Virus record (IMG/VR): IMGVR_UViG_3300042460_000519
Location: 1,638-65,637 of that record
DNA: 64,000 nucleotides
From: a virus
Taxonomy: Duplodnaviria > Caudoviricetes
Strand: one strand, 5' to 3'
Made by a program: the position numbers and the translations under genes. Numbering within the stretch: position 1 is the first letter of the stretch; each line of letters starts with the position of its first letter. The notes under the pieces are model-generated. The model saw nothing but the letters and a program-made list of their open reading frames with translations, was not told where the DNA came from and did no database searches. This document shows, in pieces, positions 9,113 to 19,791 of the stretch.

Positions 9113-9137
9113 AATGTATAATGTATTAAATAAGGCC

Positions 9138-9356
9138 CTAAACTAATAGAGCCTTATATTGGTTATTAAATAAATCATCTATACAGAATGAACATAACAT
9201 TCTATGTCCATACTTATTACCATTCTCATCTATTTTAAAGACTTCTTCTCTAAGATCTCCAAATGATGTATTAACTATTGTATTACATTCATCACACTTA
9301 CATACATATGTAGGTTTAATGAATAAAGAAAGATCAACTTGTTTATTTGTTACCAT
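9138..9356 (-). CDS. Small Zn-finger-like protein
   Basis: CKCDEC...CSFC. Confidence 0.55.
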   Translation of the reverse strand: MVTNKQVDLSLFIKPTYVCKCDECNTIVNTSFGDLREEVFKIDENGNKYGHRMLCSFCIDDLFNNQYKALLV

Positions 9357-9497
9357 AATGCTATATAATAATGTTATCGTTTATTAATTTGTTTTTGTTT
9401 TATACACACTTGTTTGAGGCAGTGTAATACACCTCTATATCTTAATATCTATTCACATATTCAATTTATTGAAAGAATATTAGTGAAACATTATATT

Positions 9498-9620
9498 CAT
9501 TGCGAATAATGTAATTCACTTTTATAAAAGAGCGTCTTTTTTTATACACCATTGCGAATAATGCAATATATTGATATGTTTTTTTTAATAGCCCACCCTT
9601 ATTTACAAATCCCACCCTTA
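9498..9620. repeat. Short direct repeats in a non-coding gap
   Basis: cattgcgaataatg at 9498-9511 and 9550-9563; cccaccctta at 9592-9601 and 9611-9620. Confidence 0.8.
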
Positions 9621-9621
9621 T

Positions 9622-9662
9622 ATATAATAACAATAGCAAGCCCAATTAAGGACTTGCTATTG
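9622..9662 (-). terminator. Stem-loop terminator after 9672..10187
   Basis: Minus strand CAATAGCAAGTCC-TTAATT-GGGCTTGCTATTG followed by TTATTAT. Confidence 0.75.
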
Positions 9663-9671
9663 TATTATGCA

Positions 9672-10187
9672 TTACATTGCAACAAGGTCTTCCAAGTTAA
9701 TGGCAACTGACGCAAGTTTTTTGTTAAGCATTTCTTCTGTAATGGTAACACGTGTGCTTGACATGTCTTGTCCACCTTGATTAGAGATGGTGTAGATTAC
9801 AAGAGGCTTTAATTCTCCTGTTTCTTCATCTGCCACCATAATAGGCTTACCAAAGTTTGGCGATGTTTCATCACGCTCTACTTGAGGAAGTTCAAGAATT
9901 GGTAACAAAGCAATGTTGTCAAGCTTTGTTTGTAATTCAGCTTCTGATGTTGAAGCACGCAAGTCAAGACTTAATGGTTCAGAACAATTAACGTAAACAC
10001 GTTGTCCCTTTGCATTATAAATTGCAATAGTAACGCGATTAAGTTTGTTGGTCTTTTCATTAAGAACCCCTTTGAAGTTCTTCTTGCTTGATAATTCGTG
10101 GTAACCACCCACTCCTGCATACTCTGCAACTGTACCAATGGTTGTTAATGTACTTGCTTGTTGTGCAACGTCTTTGAATTGTAACAT
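9672..10187 (-). CDS. First leftward gene; hypothetical, possibly nucleic-acid binding
   Basis: 171 aa, monocistronic with its own terminator. Function not recognised. Confidence 0.75.
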   Translation of the reverse strand: MLQFKDVAQQASTLTTIGTVAEYAGVGGYHELSSKKNFKGVLNEKTNKLNRVTIAIYNAKGQRVYVNCSEPLSLDLRASTSEAELQTKLDNIALLPILELPQVERDETSPNFGKPIMVADEETGELKPLVIYTISNQGGQDMSSTRVTITEEMLNKKLASVAINLEDLVAM

Positions 10188-10427
10188 AATTTCTAATTTT
10201 TAAATTGTTTTTATAATGAGTTGTTTACTCCTAATGTAAAAAGGGTTTTGGGATGGAATGATGTATGTGTTATTTTGTGAAACAGCAATCCATTGTCAAC
10301 ATTTGCAACAGTGATGTGCAATGTGTGGGAGATAACCCAACTTCTCAAATTGTTTGGGGGGTTTTGATTTGGAGTAAGCTAACCAATTACACACACAAAG
10401 GGTTTCAAAATTTGGGAAAAAATTTTT

Positions 10428-10459
10428 TTTGGTAGTCTGAAAAAAACATTATAATTTTG
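10428..10459 (+). promoter_or_regulatory. Bacteroidota sigma70-type promoter for the rightward genes
   Basis: TTTG (10428-31), 20-nt spacer, TAATTTTG (10452-59) matches the -33/-7 consensus TTTG...TAnnTTTG. A second -7 box TATCTTTG lies at 10521-28. Confidence 0.7.
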
Positions 10460-10482
10460 GTGGGTGGGTGGGTTGATAATAA

Positions 10483-10503
10483 TTATAACTAAATTAATTA
10501 TAA
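10483..10503. promoter_or_regulatory. 21-bp palindromic operator-like site, copy 1
   Basis: TTATAACTA-AAT-TAATTATAA. Confidence 0.6.
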
Positions 10504-10558
10504 GTTTAAAAAATTATATATATCTTTGTTTTAACTAAACCAATAAAGAGTATATAGA

Positions 10559-10924
10559 ATGTTAGTTCAAAAACTAAAAAAACAAGTTAAAGATGAGTTT
10601 GAAATAGCAGAGAAGTATTACGCTATTCTTTCAGATATAAACTCATTAGGTCTCACTCCTAGAGAAATTCAATTAGTTGCTTTTACAGCTATTAAAGGGA
10701 ACATTACAAATGCTAATGTTAGAGAGGAATTCTGTAATAAGTATAAAACAACATCACCTACGATTAATAATATAATAAGTAAGCTTAAGAAATTAGGAGT
10801 GTTTATTAAAACTGAAGATAGAGAAGATGGTTATCCTAAGAAGGTGAAAGTTAATCCTGCTATTGTATTAGATTTTAAGAAGGATGTATTATTAGCAATA
10901 TCATTAAAACATGAAATCAGCTAA
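10559..10924 (+). CDS. Winged HTH DNA-binding protein
   Basis: LTPREIQLV...TTSPTINNIISKLKKLGVFIK is a wHTH pattern. Confidence 0.7.
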   Translation: MLVQKLKKQVKDEFEIAEKYYAILSDINSLGLTPREIQLVAFTAIKGNITNANVREEFCNKYKTTSPTINNIISKLKKLGVFIKTEDREDGYPKKVKVNPAIVLDFKKDVLLAISLKHEIS

Positions 10925-11282
10925 TACACCTATTAAGGAATATATAATAAAAAAGATAGCTGTTAACAAGGTGACAGATAAATTGATTTCAGAAAAAACA
11001 ATGGATCTTGTTATATCACATCAATTTGAATCAGCTATTAAAGCTATGATGACAAATAGTACAGTGGAGATATCTGGATTTGGAAAGTTTCTTTTCAATT
11101 TTAAAAGAGCTCAAAAAGAATTAACTAAATACGAGAAGATTAGAGAGCATTATACGTCTCTGTTGCAAAACACATCATTGTCTGAAGAACAAAGAAAAGC
11201 TCTAGAGGATAAGTTGGCAATTGCAAATGATGGAATAAAGAATTTAAAACCAAGAGTAGATGAATATATTTCAAATTTATGA
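10911..11282 (+). CDS. IHF/HU-like DNA-binding protein
   Basis: TVEISGFGKF matches the HU/IHF signature; crAss-like phages encode such proteins. Confidence 0.7.
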   Translation: MKSANTPIKEYIIKKIAVNKVTDKLISEKTMDLVISHQFESAIKAMMTNSTVEISGFGKFLFNFKRAQKELTKYEKIREHYTSLLQNTSLSEEQRKALEDKLAIANDGIKNLKPRVDEYISNL

Positions 11283-11553
11283 GGGTTGGAGAAACAACAT
11301 CTTCCCTCCAGAGAAATTAAAAGAAGCCATTGTTGAAACGTCAGCTTCTAGAATGGAGATATGTAACAATTGTGAACACATCTCGACAAAACATAATACA
11401 TTAAGGAAGGATGTACATTGTACAAATTGTGGATGTACACTTGCAGCAAAGACTAAATGCCTTTCATGTGATTGTCCTTTAAAGAAATGGGTCTCTGTAA
11501 TTACACCACAACAAGAAGAACAAATGAAAAATCATGGAAGAGGAAAACAATAA
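11260..11553 (+). CDS. Cys-rich Zn-binding protein
   Basis: RMEICNNCEH...CTNCGC...KTKCLSCDCPLKKW. Confidence 0.7.
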   Translation: MNIFQIYEGWRNNIFPPEKLKEAIVETSASRMEICNNCEHISTKHNTLRKDVHCTNCGCTLAAKTKCLSCDCPLKKWVSVITPQQEEQMKNHGRGKQ

Positions 11554-11815
11554 ATTTACGATAACAAAGATTCCTCTTGAACCTTTAATAGAAATTCTTT
11601 TAAAGATATATGAATTAGGAATGGAATATATAGACATCGAAGGGGTGATAGATGTTGATGATGTCAAGGATACAGTTAACATAAAATTCTGTAATGAATA
11701 TATGGAAATTGATAAGACAGATGAGGGTTCAATAAAAGGATATATTATAGGATATAATGATATTGACGAAGAACAAAGACCCTTGTCTGATGATGATTTA
11801 AATGAATTAATATAA
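11534..11815 (+). CDS. Acidic hypothetical protein
   Basis: 93 aa, D/E-rich. Confidence 0.65.
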   Translation: MEEENNKFTITKIPLEPLIEILLKIYELGMEYIDIEGVIDVDDVKDTVNIKFCNEYMEIDKTDEGSIKGYIIGYNDIDEEQRPLSDDDLNELI

Positions 11816-11823
11816 ACTACATA

Positions 11824-12156
11824 ATGGCAGTAAAAAAAACTACATATATAAATGCTGAGCTTGATTGGGCTGAAGAGCAATTAGCTTCATGGAAACAATA
11901 CGTTGATGCTAATCCTTTACATACATTAAAGGATAGAATTGAATGGAAACCTACAGCTAAAGGTGGTGCTATGCCAATGGTGATAGCCTCTATCGAGGCT
12001 CAAGGCAAGTTTGTTCAAGAGACAATGAAAAACTACCTAGCACTGCTTGAGCAAGTAGAGAAACTACGTGAGAAAGAAGAAGCAAAAGTGGTTCCTGTAA
12101 GAGGTGGTGTTGAGCTTGGTAGTATGGCTGAAGAGTTTTTAAAGAATAGACATTAA
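11824..12156 (+). CDS. Probable terminase small subunit
   Basis: 110-aa helical protein abutting terL; assignment by position only. Confidence 0.45.
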   Translation: MAVKKTTYINAELDWAEEQLASWKQYVDANPLHTLKDRIEWKPTAKGGAMPMVIASIEAQGKFVQETMKNYLALLEQVEKLREKEEAKVVPVRGGVELGSMAEEFLKNRH

Positions 12157-14180
12157 TGGAAAGTTTACAAAGTATTGATTATAAAGATTGGTTTATAAAT
12201 CAGAAGAGAGTTCCTCAAAAGGATTCAGATGAATATAAAGCATTCTATGCCTATCACAAACAACTGTGTATTGATGGTTGTACAATGGGAGGTGTATATA
12301 TCAATCCTTTTTTATATTGGCATTTAAACTTCTGGAATACAGAGGTGGATGTTATAGATGACAGAGGTAGAATATCACAGAAATATGCTAATCCATATCT
12401 ACGTGATAATGAATGGGTTATAACAAACGAAATAGACAGAGCTCAAATAGAAAAGAAAGGCCTAGTTATTCTAGGTATTAGACGTTTGGCTAAGTCAGTT
12501 ATTGAGAGTTCATATATAGGTTGGGGAGCAACATTTGATGAGAACAGTCAGAACATTATTGCTGGATTAAATGCTCCAGATATAAAACTGATTACAGATA
12601 AAATAGATAAAGGACTCAACTTCCTTCCTGAAGCATGGAGATGGCAAAGAGTTGAAGACAACTGGAAAAACCAGGTTACGTTAGGGATCAAGACAAAAGC
12701 AGGAGAGCGAATCCCCTTTTCTCAGATCCTTATTCGTAACTTGGATGGGGGGAATAATGAAGAAGCTATTGCAGGTACAAAGCCTAGGAAGCTAATCATT
12801 GATGAGATAGGTAAGGGATCATTCTTACGTGGTCTTCAGGCTGCTACACCAGGTTTTACAACACCATTTGGTTGGGGATGTTCTCCAATTCTAACTGGTA
12901 CAGGTGGAGATATGCAAAACTTCATGGATGCAAAGAGTCTTATGTTTGACGTAGATAATTTTAATTTTCTTACGTACAACAATGCAAAGGATGAAAGTAG
13001 AGTGCATGGGTTATTTATTTCCCATAAGTATAGAATGGAAGCTAAAGAAGAATCTACACTAGGAGAATTTTTAGAACAACCAGCAGATTCAGAATTACAT
13101 AATGTAAAAATGCTTGTTTCTAATTTAGAAAAAGCAGACAAGATTACAAATGAAAATCTTGAAAGATTAAAAAAAGCTGGTGATAGACTTGCATATTTAA
13201 AAGAAAAGATGTATTATCCACAAGAGGTGGATGATATATTCCTGAATGAAGATACTAATATATTTGATATAGAAGCAGCTAAACGTCAGAAAGCCAGACT
13301 ATTAGCACAAGAAAGAACAGGAACACCTGTTGTTTTATATGATGATGGAAATGGTGTGAAGCATGAGTTTACAGATAAGCTTCCTATATCAAACTTCCCT
13401 CTGAAGAATAGTGACATGAAAGATGCTCCTGTAGTTATATATGAGTTTCCAATTGACACACCTCCTTATGGACTTTATGTTGCAGGAGTCGATCCCTACA
13501 GACAAGGAAAGTCTGCATATAGTTCATCATTAGGATCTGTTTATATTTATAAACGAATGCATGCTATATCAGGAGAGAAATACCAAGATATGTTTGTAGC
13601 TAGTTATTGTGCTAGACCTGATAAAAAAGAAACATGGGAAGAACAGGCAAGGTTATTGATTAAGTATTACAATGCTAGAACATTATGTGAAAATGATGAA
13701 ATCTCTTTTATAGATTATATGATCTCTAAAGGAGATGCACATTATTTAGAGAGACAACCAGATTGGTTAAAAGAAATAGTTCCAAACACCACAGTGAGAA
13801 GGGATTATGGAATACATAGATCTGCTGAGAAAATTAGAGACTTTCTACATGGATGTTTAAAGAAATATACAGAAGAAGTAATACACGTAGAAAAAGATGC
13901 TGATGGTAATGTTGTTTCTGAAACTAAGGGTATGGCTAAGATATTTGATCCTGTCCTACTTGAAGAAATGATACAATATAATGAAGAAGGAAACTTCGAT
14001 AGAATAATTGCTGCAGAATTAGCTGTATCTTTGGCAATGAAATTAAATCCTATAATGGGAAGAACAGGTGCAGCTGAAGATGCAAGAGTAACTTCGCTCT
14101 ATTCTAAAAAGAAAAAAAATTCACTATTCTCTGAATCAAAGGGAATGTTTAATAGTAACAAACATAAAATGTTTAGATAA
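12156..14180 (+). CDS. terL: Terminase large subunit
   Basis: crAss-type ATPase motif GIRRLAKS, Walker B LIIDEIG, coupling motif GTGG, RNase H-like nuclease YVAGVDPY...NFDRI. Confidence 0.92.
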   Translation: MESLQSIDYKDWFINQKRVPQKDSDEYKAFYAYHKQLCIDGCTMGGVYINPFLYWHLNFWNTEVDVIDDRGRISQKYANPYLRDNEWVITNEIDRAQIEKKGLVILGIRRLAKSVIESSYIGWGATFDENSQNIIAGLNAPDIKLITDKIDKGLNFLPEAWRWQRVEDNWKNQVTLGIKTKAGERIPFSQILIRNLDGGNNEEAIAGTKPRKLIIDEIGKGSFLRGLQAATPGFTTPFGWGCSPILTGTGGDMQNFMDAKSLMFDVDNFNFLTYNNAKDESRVHGLFISHKYRMEAKEESTLGEFLEQPADSELHNVKMLVSNLEKADKITNENLERLKKAGDRLAYLKEKMYYPQEVDDIFLNEDTNIFDIEAAKRQKARLLAQERTGTPVVLYDDGNGVKHEFTDKLPISNFPLKNSDMKDAPVVIYEFPIDTPPYGLYVAGVDPYRQGKSAYSSSLGSVYIYKRMHAISGEKYQDMFVASYCARPDKKETWEEQARLLIKYYNARTLCENDEISFIDYMISKGDAHYLERQPDWLKEIVPNTTVRRDYGIHRSAEKIRDFLHGCLKKYTEEVIHVEKDADGNVVSETKGMAKIFDPVLLEEMIQYNEEGNFDRIIAAELAVSLAMKLNPIMGRTGAAEDARVTSLYSKKKKNSLFSESKGMFNSNKHKMFR

Positions 14181-14181
14181 A

Positions 14182-16767
14182 ATGGCAATAATTAGATATA
14201 CAAAAGATGCTACAATTAGGTATGCATATTTGAACATATTCCCTGATCAGTTTAAAACAGAAAAGGAAAAAGAAGATGAAAGTTGGATTAAGAATACAAT
14301 GGACTACTTCTCAAACAAAGCATATGCTGAATATGTAAAGAATAGAGATACGTTTGTAAAAAACTATGATCTTATGAAAGGTATCCTTCGTATGGAAGAT
14401 TTCTATCAAGAGCCTGATGTTAAGAGCTTTACAGAAATGCTACAAGCAGATCTTGAGCTTCCTACATACGTTAAGCATTATTCTATTGTCACCACTCCTG
14501 TTAATGAGTTAGTAGGAGAGATATCTAAACGTCCTGATACATTTAGAGTGAAAGCTTTTGATGATGATAGTCAGGCAGAAGAACTACAATTTAAAACAGA
14601 CACTCTTCAAAAGTTTATTTTAAATAAAGCAAAACAAAAAATTCTTGAAAAAGCTGCAATTGAAGGACAAGAACCACCAGAGCCAGAAGAATTAGAACAA
14701 ATGACAATTGATCAAATGAGAGATCAATTAGACTCATATACATCACAAGCTGAAAAATGGGCCAATCATGTTCTTACATGTCAGAAAGCTGAGTTCAATT
14801 TAAAAGAAAAATCAGAAGATGCCTTTAGAGATATGCTAATATCTGCTAGAGAATTTTATCATATATATGAAGACAACTCTAAAACTGGATTTAACATCGA
14901 AGTTGCAAATCCAAAAAACACTTGGTTTCTTACTACTCCTGATAGAAAGTGGATATCAGATCCCACTGGTAGAGCTCAAGGAGCCTATGCTGCTGGCACA
15001 GTACAAGTTATGGAGCTATCAGAGATCATTGAAAGCATACCAGATCTTACGAAAGAGGAGATTGACCACTTACGCTCATCACTTCAAGACTATGGATTAA
15101 TCAATGTACGTGAATCAAATTTAGGTAATCCTAATGCACCAGAAGGTATTGATTCTGTACAATATGATACATTTGATCCTCTTGTTCTTCAAACAAGAAT
15201 GATGATTGAATCAGAGATGAAAGAGAACAATGATGGACTTAAAGACTTCTTAGGGCTAACTAATAATGTTAGTTCATTTGGTTATAAGTATGTTGTTGTT
15301 AGAAGCTATTGGATATCTAAAAAGAAAATAGGTAAACTTATATATTTAGATGAATTAGGTAATGAGCAATCAATACTTGTTGATGAAAGTTACAAATCAG
15401 GAACTATACCTACACAACAATCATTAGAATGGGGATGGATCAATCAATGGTATCAAGGAACAAAAATAGGTCCAGATATATATCATATCAAACCATTCAA
15501 ACTATTGAACTACTGCCCAATAATAGGCACGACTTTTGAAGTGAAGAATACAGAAGCTAGAAGTCTAGTGGATCTTATGAAACCTTTTCAGGTTATATAT
15601 AATGTATGTATGAACCAATTATATAAACTTCTAGAAAAAGAAGTTGGTAAGGTTCAACTTATGTCATTAAGACATATTCCTATTCCTAAAGATGGAGATG
15701 CACAAGATGCTCTTGACATATGGGAAATGGAAGCAAGAAACAGAGGTGTAGTATTTATTGATGACTCTCCAGAGAACTTAAAAGCTCCTAGTTCATTCAA
15801 TCAATTTACAGCTCTTGATCTTACACGTACGCAGGAGATACAATCTAGATATAACTTAGCTCAACAAATAAAGAGTGAGTGTTGGGAACTTATAGGTATG
15901 TCTAGACAACGTATGGGATCTATAGCTGCATCAGAGAGTGCTACAGGAACTAATACAGCAATGCAACAGAGTTACTCTCAAACAGAACCATTGTTTATTG
16001 CACACGAATATGTAATGGGACAACTATATCAAGGTATCATTGATGCTGCTTTACATATAGCAAGTTCAAAACCACAAAGTACGCTATCATATATTACATC
16101 AGAAGGATTGTCTGCATTTGTACAAGTAAATGGAGATGATTTAAAATTTAGAGATCTTAAAGTGTTCCCTACTAATAGACCAGAAGACAAACAAATGTTT
16201 GATGAGCTTAGAGCACTTGCACAACCTCTTATGCAGAATGGTGGTTCATTATATGATGTAATAGAACTATATTCTACTAAGTCTATGAGAGAAATGAAGA
16301 AAACATTCAAAGATCTTAGAGATAAACAAGAAGCACAGCAACAACAACAAATGCAACAGCAACAGCAACAGATTGATCAACAACAACAACAAGCTCAAGC
16401 TCAAATGCAACAAGCTATTCAAATGAAACAAGCTGATCAAGCTCATGATGATTATCAAAGAGAACTTGATAGACTGTCTAAAGAGAAGATTGCTATTATA
16501 CAGGCTACAGGATTTGGTAATGTAGAATCAGAAGATGTTAATGCTAATACTATTCCAGATGTATTAGAGATGAGTAAACTTGCACAAGCTGAAAGTAAAG
16601 CTACTAAAGACTATGGATTAAAAATGGCTGACTTACAATCTAAAACTAAGCAAGCTAATGATAAAATGTCTATAGAGAAAGAGAAGCTACAAGTTGCTAG
16701 AGAAAATATGCAGAATGACTTAGCTGTGGCAAAAGAAAATGCTAAAGGCAGAAATAAGTCAAAATAA
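14182..16767 (+). CDS. Portal protein
   Basis: 861 aa directly after terL; LVDLMKPFQVIYN and IGMSRQRMGSI motifs and a Gln-rich C-terminal coiled coil typical of crAss-like portals. Confidence 0.88.
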   Translation: MAIIRYTKDATIRYAYLNIFPDQFKTEKEKEDESWIKNTMDYFSNKAYAEYVKNRDTFVKNYDLMKGILRMEDFYQEPDVKSFTEMLQADLELPTYVKHYSIVTTPVNELVGEISKRPDTFRVKAFDDDSQAEELQFKTDTLQKFILNKAKQKILEKAAIEGQEPPEPEELEQMTIDQMRDQLDSYTSQAEKWANHVLTCQKAEFNLKEKSEDAFRDMLISAREFYHIYEDNSKTGFNIEVANPKNTWFLTTPDRKWISDPTGRAQGAYAAGTVQVMELSEIIESIPDLTKEEIDHLRSSLQDYGLINVRESNLGNPNAPEGIDSVQYDTFDPLVLQTRMMIESEMKENNDGLKDFLGLTNNVSSFGYKYVVVRSYWISKKKIGKLIYLDELGNEQSILVDESYKSGTIPTQQSLEWGWINQWYQGTKIGPDIYHIKPFKLLNYCPIIGTTFEVKNTEARSLVDLMKPFQVIYNVCMNQLYKLLEKEVGKVQLMSLRHIPIPKDGDAQDALDIWEMEARNRGVVFIDDSPENLKAPSSFNQFTALDLTRTQEIQSRYNLAQQIKSECWELIGMSRQRMGSIAASESATGTNTAMQQSYSQTEPLFIAHEYVMGQLYQGIIDAALHIASSKPQSTLSYITSEGLSAFVQVNGDDLKFRDLKVFPTNRPEDKQMFDELRALAQPLMQNGGSLYDVIELYSTKSMREMKKTFKDLRDKQEAQQQQQMQQQQQQIDQQQQQAQAQMQQAIQMKQADQAHDDYQRELDRLSKEKIAIIQATGFGNVESEDVNANTIPDVLEMSKLAQAESKATKDYGLKMADLQSKTKQANDKMSIEKEKLQVARENMQNDLAVAKENAKGRNKSK

Positions 16768-16850
16768 TAACTAATTATAAGGGTTAAAAATATTAATGCT
16801 ATATTATGGAAAAAAATCAACATAATTATTGAATTAATGTTTGATTATTA

Positions 16851-16871
16851 ATATAACTGTTTTAGTTTTAC
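16851..16871. promoter_or_regulatory. 21-bp palindromic site, copy 2 (degenerate), overlapping a promoter-like box
   Basis: ATATAACTG-TTT-TAGTTTTAC; TTTG at 16840-43, 19-nt spacer, TAGTTTTA at 16863-70. Confidence 0.5.
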
Positions 16872-16907
16872 ATAGAATATAAACCAATTTTTAAATACAA
16901 CTACATT

Positions 16908-18161
16908 ATGGCTGATACAACAGATAATATATCTATGGGTAATTTTTCTATCCAAGATACAATGGAAATGGGTATGGGTAACCAAGAATTGTTAAACGAT
17001 TTGTTTGAACCAGAGACTGCTTCTAGTAATCCTGAAGATGTCACTGCAATCATTAAAGAAGCTAATCCACCTGCTGCACCTGCTGCACCAGAAAAACCAA
17101 AAGGTAAAACAATAACACCTCTTGAAGATGATGCTGATGATAATGAAAAAAATCAAGCATCTATTGCTAACTTTTTAGGTGATAACGATGATGATGATGA
17201 AGAAGAAGAAACTAAAACTGTTTCAACTAAAGCAGCACCAAAGGCAGAGACTAACGAAGATAGTGATGATGACGATTCATCAAATGATACACAATTTACA
17301 GCTTTAGCAAATGATTTGTTTAAGCTTGGAGTTTTTAATGAAGATGAAGATGATGAACCTATAACTACACCTGAACAATTCCTTCAAAAATTTGAAGCAG
17401 AAAAGAAAAAAGGTGCTTCAGAAATAGTTCAAAATTTCATTGGACAATTTGGAGAAGATTATCAAAATGCATTTGATGCCATATTTGTAAAAGGAGCTGA
17501 TCCTAAAGAGTATTTTAGTACATATAATAATGTAGTTGGTTTTGCTGAAATGGACTTATCACAAGAGTCTAATCAGATTAAAATAATGAAACAAGCTTTA
17601 GCTGATCAAGGATTTGATCCTGAAGATATAGATACAGAAGTTGAAAGACTTCAAAATTATGGTGATCTTGAAAGCGTAGCTGGAAAACATCATAAAGTGT
17701 TGGTTAAAAAAGAAGCTCAGAAGTTGAATCAATTAGAAGCACAAGCTGAAAGAGAGTTACAACAAAAACAAGCTATTAGAAATCAATATATAAACAATGT
17801 TCAAGGTATACTTGAAGATAGATTAAAAGCTAAAGAATTTGATGGTATTCCATTAAATCCAAAATTAGTAAATGAATTACAAGATTTCCTATTAGTAGAT
17901 AAATGGAAAACACCATCTGGAGAAACACTTTCAGATTTTGATAGAACTATATTAGATTTAAAAAGACCAGAGAATCATGCCATGAAAGTTAAAGTGGGAT
18001 TAATTCTTAAAATCTTAGAAAAAGATCCAACATTATCTACTATACAAAAAACTGGTGTGTCTAAAAAGACAGATCAATTATTTGGAGAAGTTGCAAGACA
18101 AGTTACAAAAGCTAAATCGTCAACATCTGCTCCAGCAAATAAAAATTCGTGGTTTCAATAA
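16908..18161 (+). CDS. Scaffold-like protein between portal and MCP
   Basis: Acidic disordered N-terminus and helical C-terminus; conserved position in the crAss-like capsid block. Confidence 0.65.
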   Translation: MADTTDNISMGNFSIQDTMEMGMGNQELLNDLFEPETASSNPEDVTAIIKEANPPAAPAAPEKPKGKTITPLEDDADDNEKNQASIANFLGDNDDDDEEEETKTVSTKAAPKAETNEDSDDDDSSNDTQFTALANDLFKLGVFNEDEDDEPITTPEQFLQKFEAEKKKGASEIVQNFIGQFGEDYQNAFDAIFVKGADPKEYFSTYNNVVGFAEMDLSQESNQIKIMKQALADQGFDPEDIDTEVERLQNYGDLESVAGKHHKVLVKKEAQKLNQLEAQAERELQQKQAIRNQYINNVQGILEDRLKAKEFDGIPLNPKLVNELQDFLLVDKWKTPSGETLSDFDRTILDLKRPENHAMKVKVGLILKILEKDPTLSTIQKTGVSKKTDQLFGEVARQVTKAKSSTSAPANKNSWFQ

Positions 18162-18196
18162 ACAAATAAATAATTAATAACTAAAAGAATAATAAA

Positions 18197-19762
18197 ATGT
18201 CAATTCAAACAATTCCTGGGTTAACTGGTTTTACTTATGCAAGAGTAGCGTCTATGGACAAACGTGCAGTAGGAAAACTTACTGACTCAAATCACTTGGA
18301 GTCTTTTCACTCCACAGAGCCAGCTGACTATGATAAAAAAATCATCAGCTTATATACCCAAAGTTCATTGTATAGCAATGATTTCTTGGATATGATTAAC
18401 AAGAGTACACCATTCTACATCGACAATAATAGCGATGCATGGAAATGGCAAATTGCTGTACCTTACAAGTTTCCTAAAATTATCGACATCCCTCAAAGTT
18501 TAACAGACATTATTGAAGGTACAGGTAAGCCAGGTATTGATGGTCAAGAATTCCAATTAGTATTAGATACTAATGAGTTCTCTAAAAATGCTATCATCTC
18601 TGTAGGTTCTCGTCAGTATGGTCCAAGATTTTATGTAATCAAAGATCCAACTCCTTGGAATGCTGGATTCTTATATACATTCAATCTAGTTACAGATAAT
18701 CCAATTGTAGATTTCGTAAGTAGCCAATTTTTACAAGTTGGTACTGAACTAGAATTAGTTGATGCTGCTATTGGTGAATTTGACCAAGACCTATTAGGGT
18801 TACCAAGATTGGGTGAGCAAATCACTATGTTCGAATCATTAGGTTCTGCATATGGATATGAGCACAAAATCACAGAATGGGCTGATGACAAAATGATGAA
18901 AGATGCTTCAGGTAAAGCTCTTGATATCTTAGTATATGCTCCACAAAGACGTAACCAATTACCTTTAACTCGTAATGATGTTAAATGGGAACCATTCATT
19001 GAGTTCTGGATGCGTAAATCTATGTTAGAATTAAAAGTTAAACGTATGATTTGGGCTAAACCAGGTACAGTTAAAACTGGTGGTGGTAAACAAGAATTGA
19101 AACGTACATCTGCAGGTGTTTACCACAGAATGCGTAACAATGGTAACTTAGTACAATATAACAGAGGAGAATTCTCTGCTAACTTAATTCGTTCAGTATT
19201 TGGTGATCTTTTCTACAGAAGAGTAGATGTTAAAGACAGAAGAGTTAAAATGTACACTAACGAAGCTGGATTCGATGTATTCCAACAAGCTTTGAAAAAT
19301 GATGCATTAAATTCAGGTCTTACATTTATGGCAGATTCTGGAAACAGATATATGCAAGGTGAAGGACAGCACATCACTTACAACTTTGCATTTGATGCAA
19401 TGGTTACACGTGAGACTGGTCGTGTTGAATTAATTCACTTAAAAGAATTAGATTTACCACAATCTAACTTAGAGTTTGGACAAAACAAAAAATCTACTCC
19501 AGTATTCATGGTGTTTGACGTTTCTCCAATGTCTGATGGTTCAATGGTAAACAACATTAGAGAGGTACGTATGAAAGGTGCACCTTCTATGACTTGGGGA
19601 TACATTGATGGTACTCGTCACCACTTAGGTTTTGCTAAGTCTCAAGGTATGAGTTCAGCTAACAAATTCCCAGGATACGAAATCTGGATGAAAGACAGAT
19701 GTGACGTATTCATTGAAGATCTTTCGAGAACTGTGTTGATTGAAGAAATCCCACAATTCTAA
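18197..19762 (+). CDS. Major capsid protein
   Basis: 521 aa in the terL-portal-X-MCP order, high-expression codon usage (cgt, ttc, aac), followed by a strong stem-loop. Confidence 0.85.
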   Translation: MSIQTIPGLTGFTYARVASMDKRAVGKLTDSNHLESFHSTEPADYDKKIISLYTQSSLYSNDFLDMINKSTPFYIDNNSDAWKWQIAVPYKFPKIIDIPQSLTDIIEGTGKPGIDGQEFQLVLDTNEFSKNAIISVGSRQYGPRFYVIKDPTPWNAGFLYTFNLVTDNPIVDFVSSQFLQVGTELELVDAAIGEFDQDLLGLPRLGEQITMFESLGSAYGYEHKITEWADDKMMKDASGKALDILVYAPQRRNQLPLTRNDVKWEPFIEFWMRKSMLELKVKRMIWAKPGTVKTGGGKQELKRTSAGVYHRMRNNGNLVQYNRGEFSANLIRSVFGDLFYRRVDVKDRRVKMYTNEAGFDVFQQALKNDALNSGLTFMADSGNRYMQGEGQHITYNFAFDAMVTRETGRVELIHLKELDLPQSNLEFGQNKKSTPVFMVFDVSPMSDGSMVNNIREVRMKGAPSMTWGYIDGTRHHLGFAKSQGMSSANKFPGYEIWMKDRCDVFIEDLSRTVLIEEIPQF

Positions 19763-19791
19763 TAAACATCAGCCTATCCAGGCGACAACAG

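Noticed and set aside
10455-10475. G-quadruplex
   Set aside because: Only three GGG runs plus one GG, too weak to call alone; mentioned under the divergence region.
16330-16440. CAA/CAG-rich repeat
   Set aside because: It encodes the ordinary Gln-rich coiled coil of the portal C-terminus.
12156-19762. Introns or inteins in terL, portal or MCP
   Set aside because: The ORFs are continuous and of expected size, with no intein ends or homing endonuclease motifs noticed.
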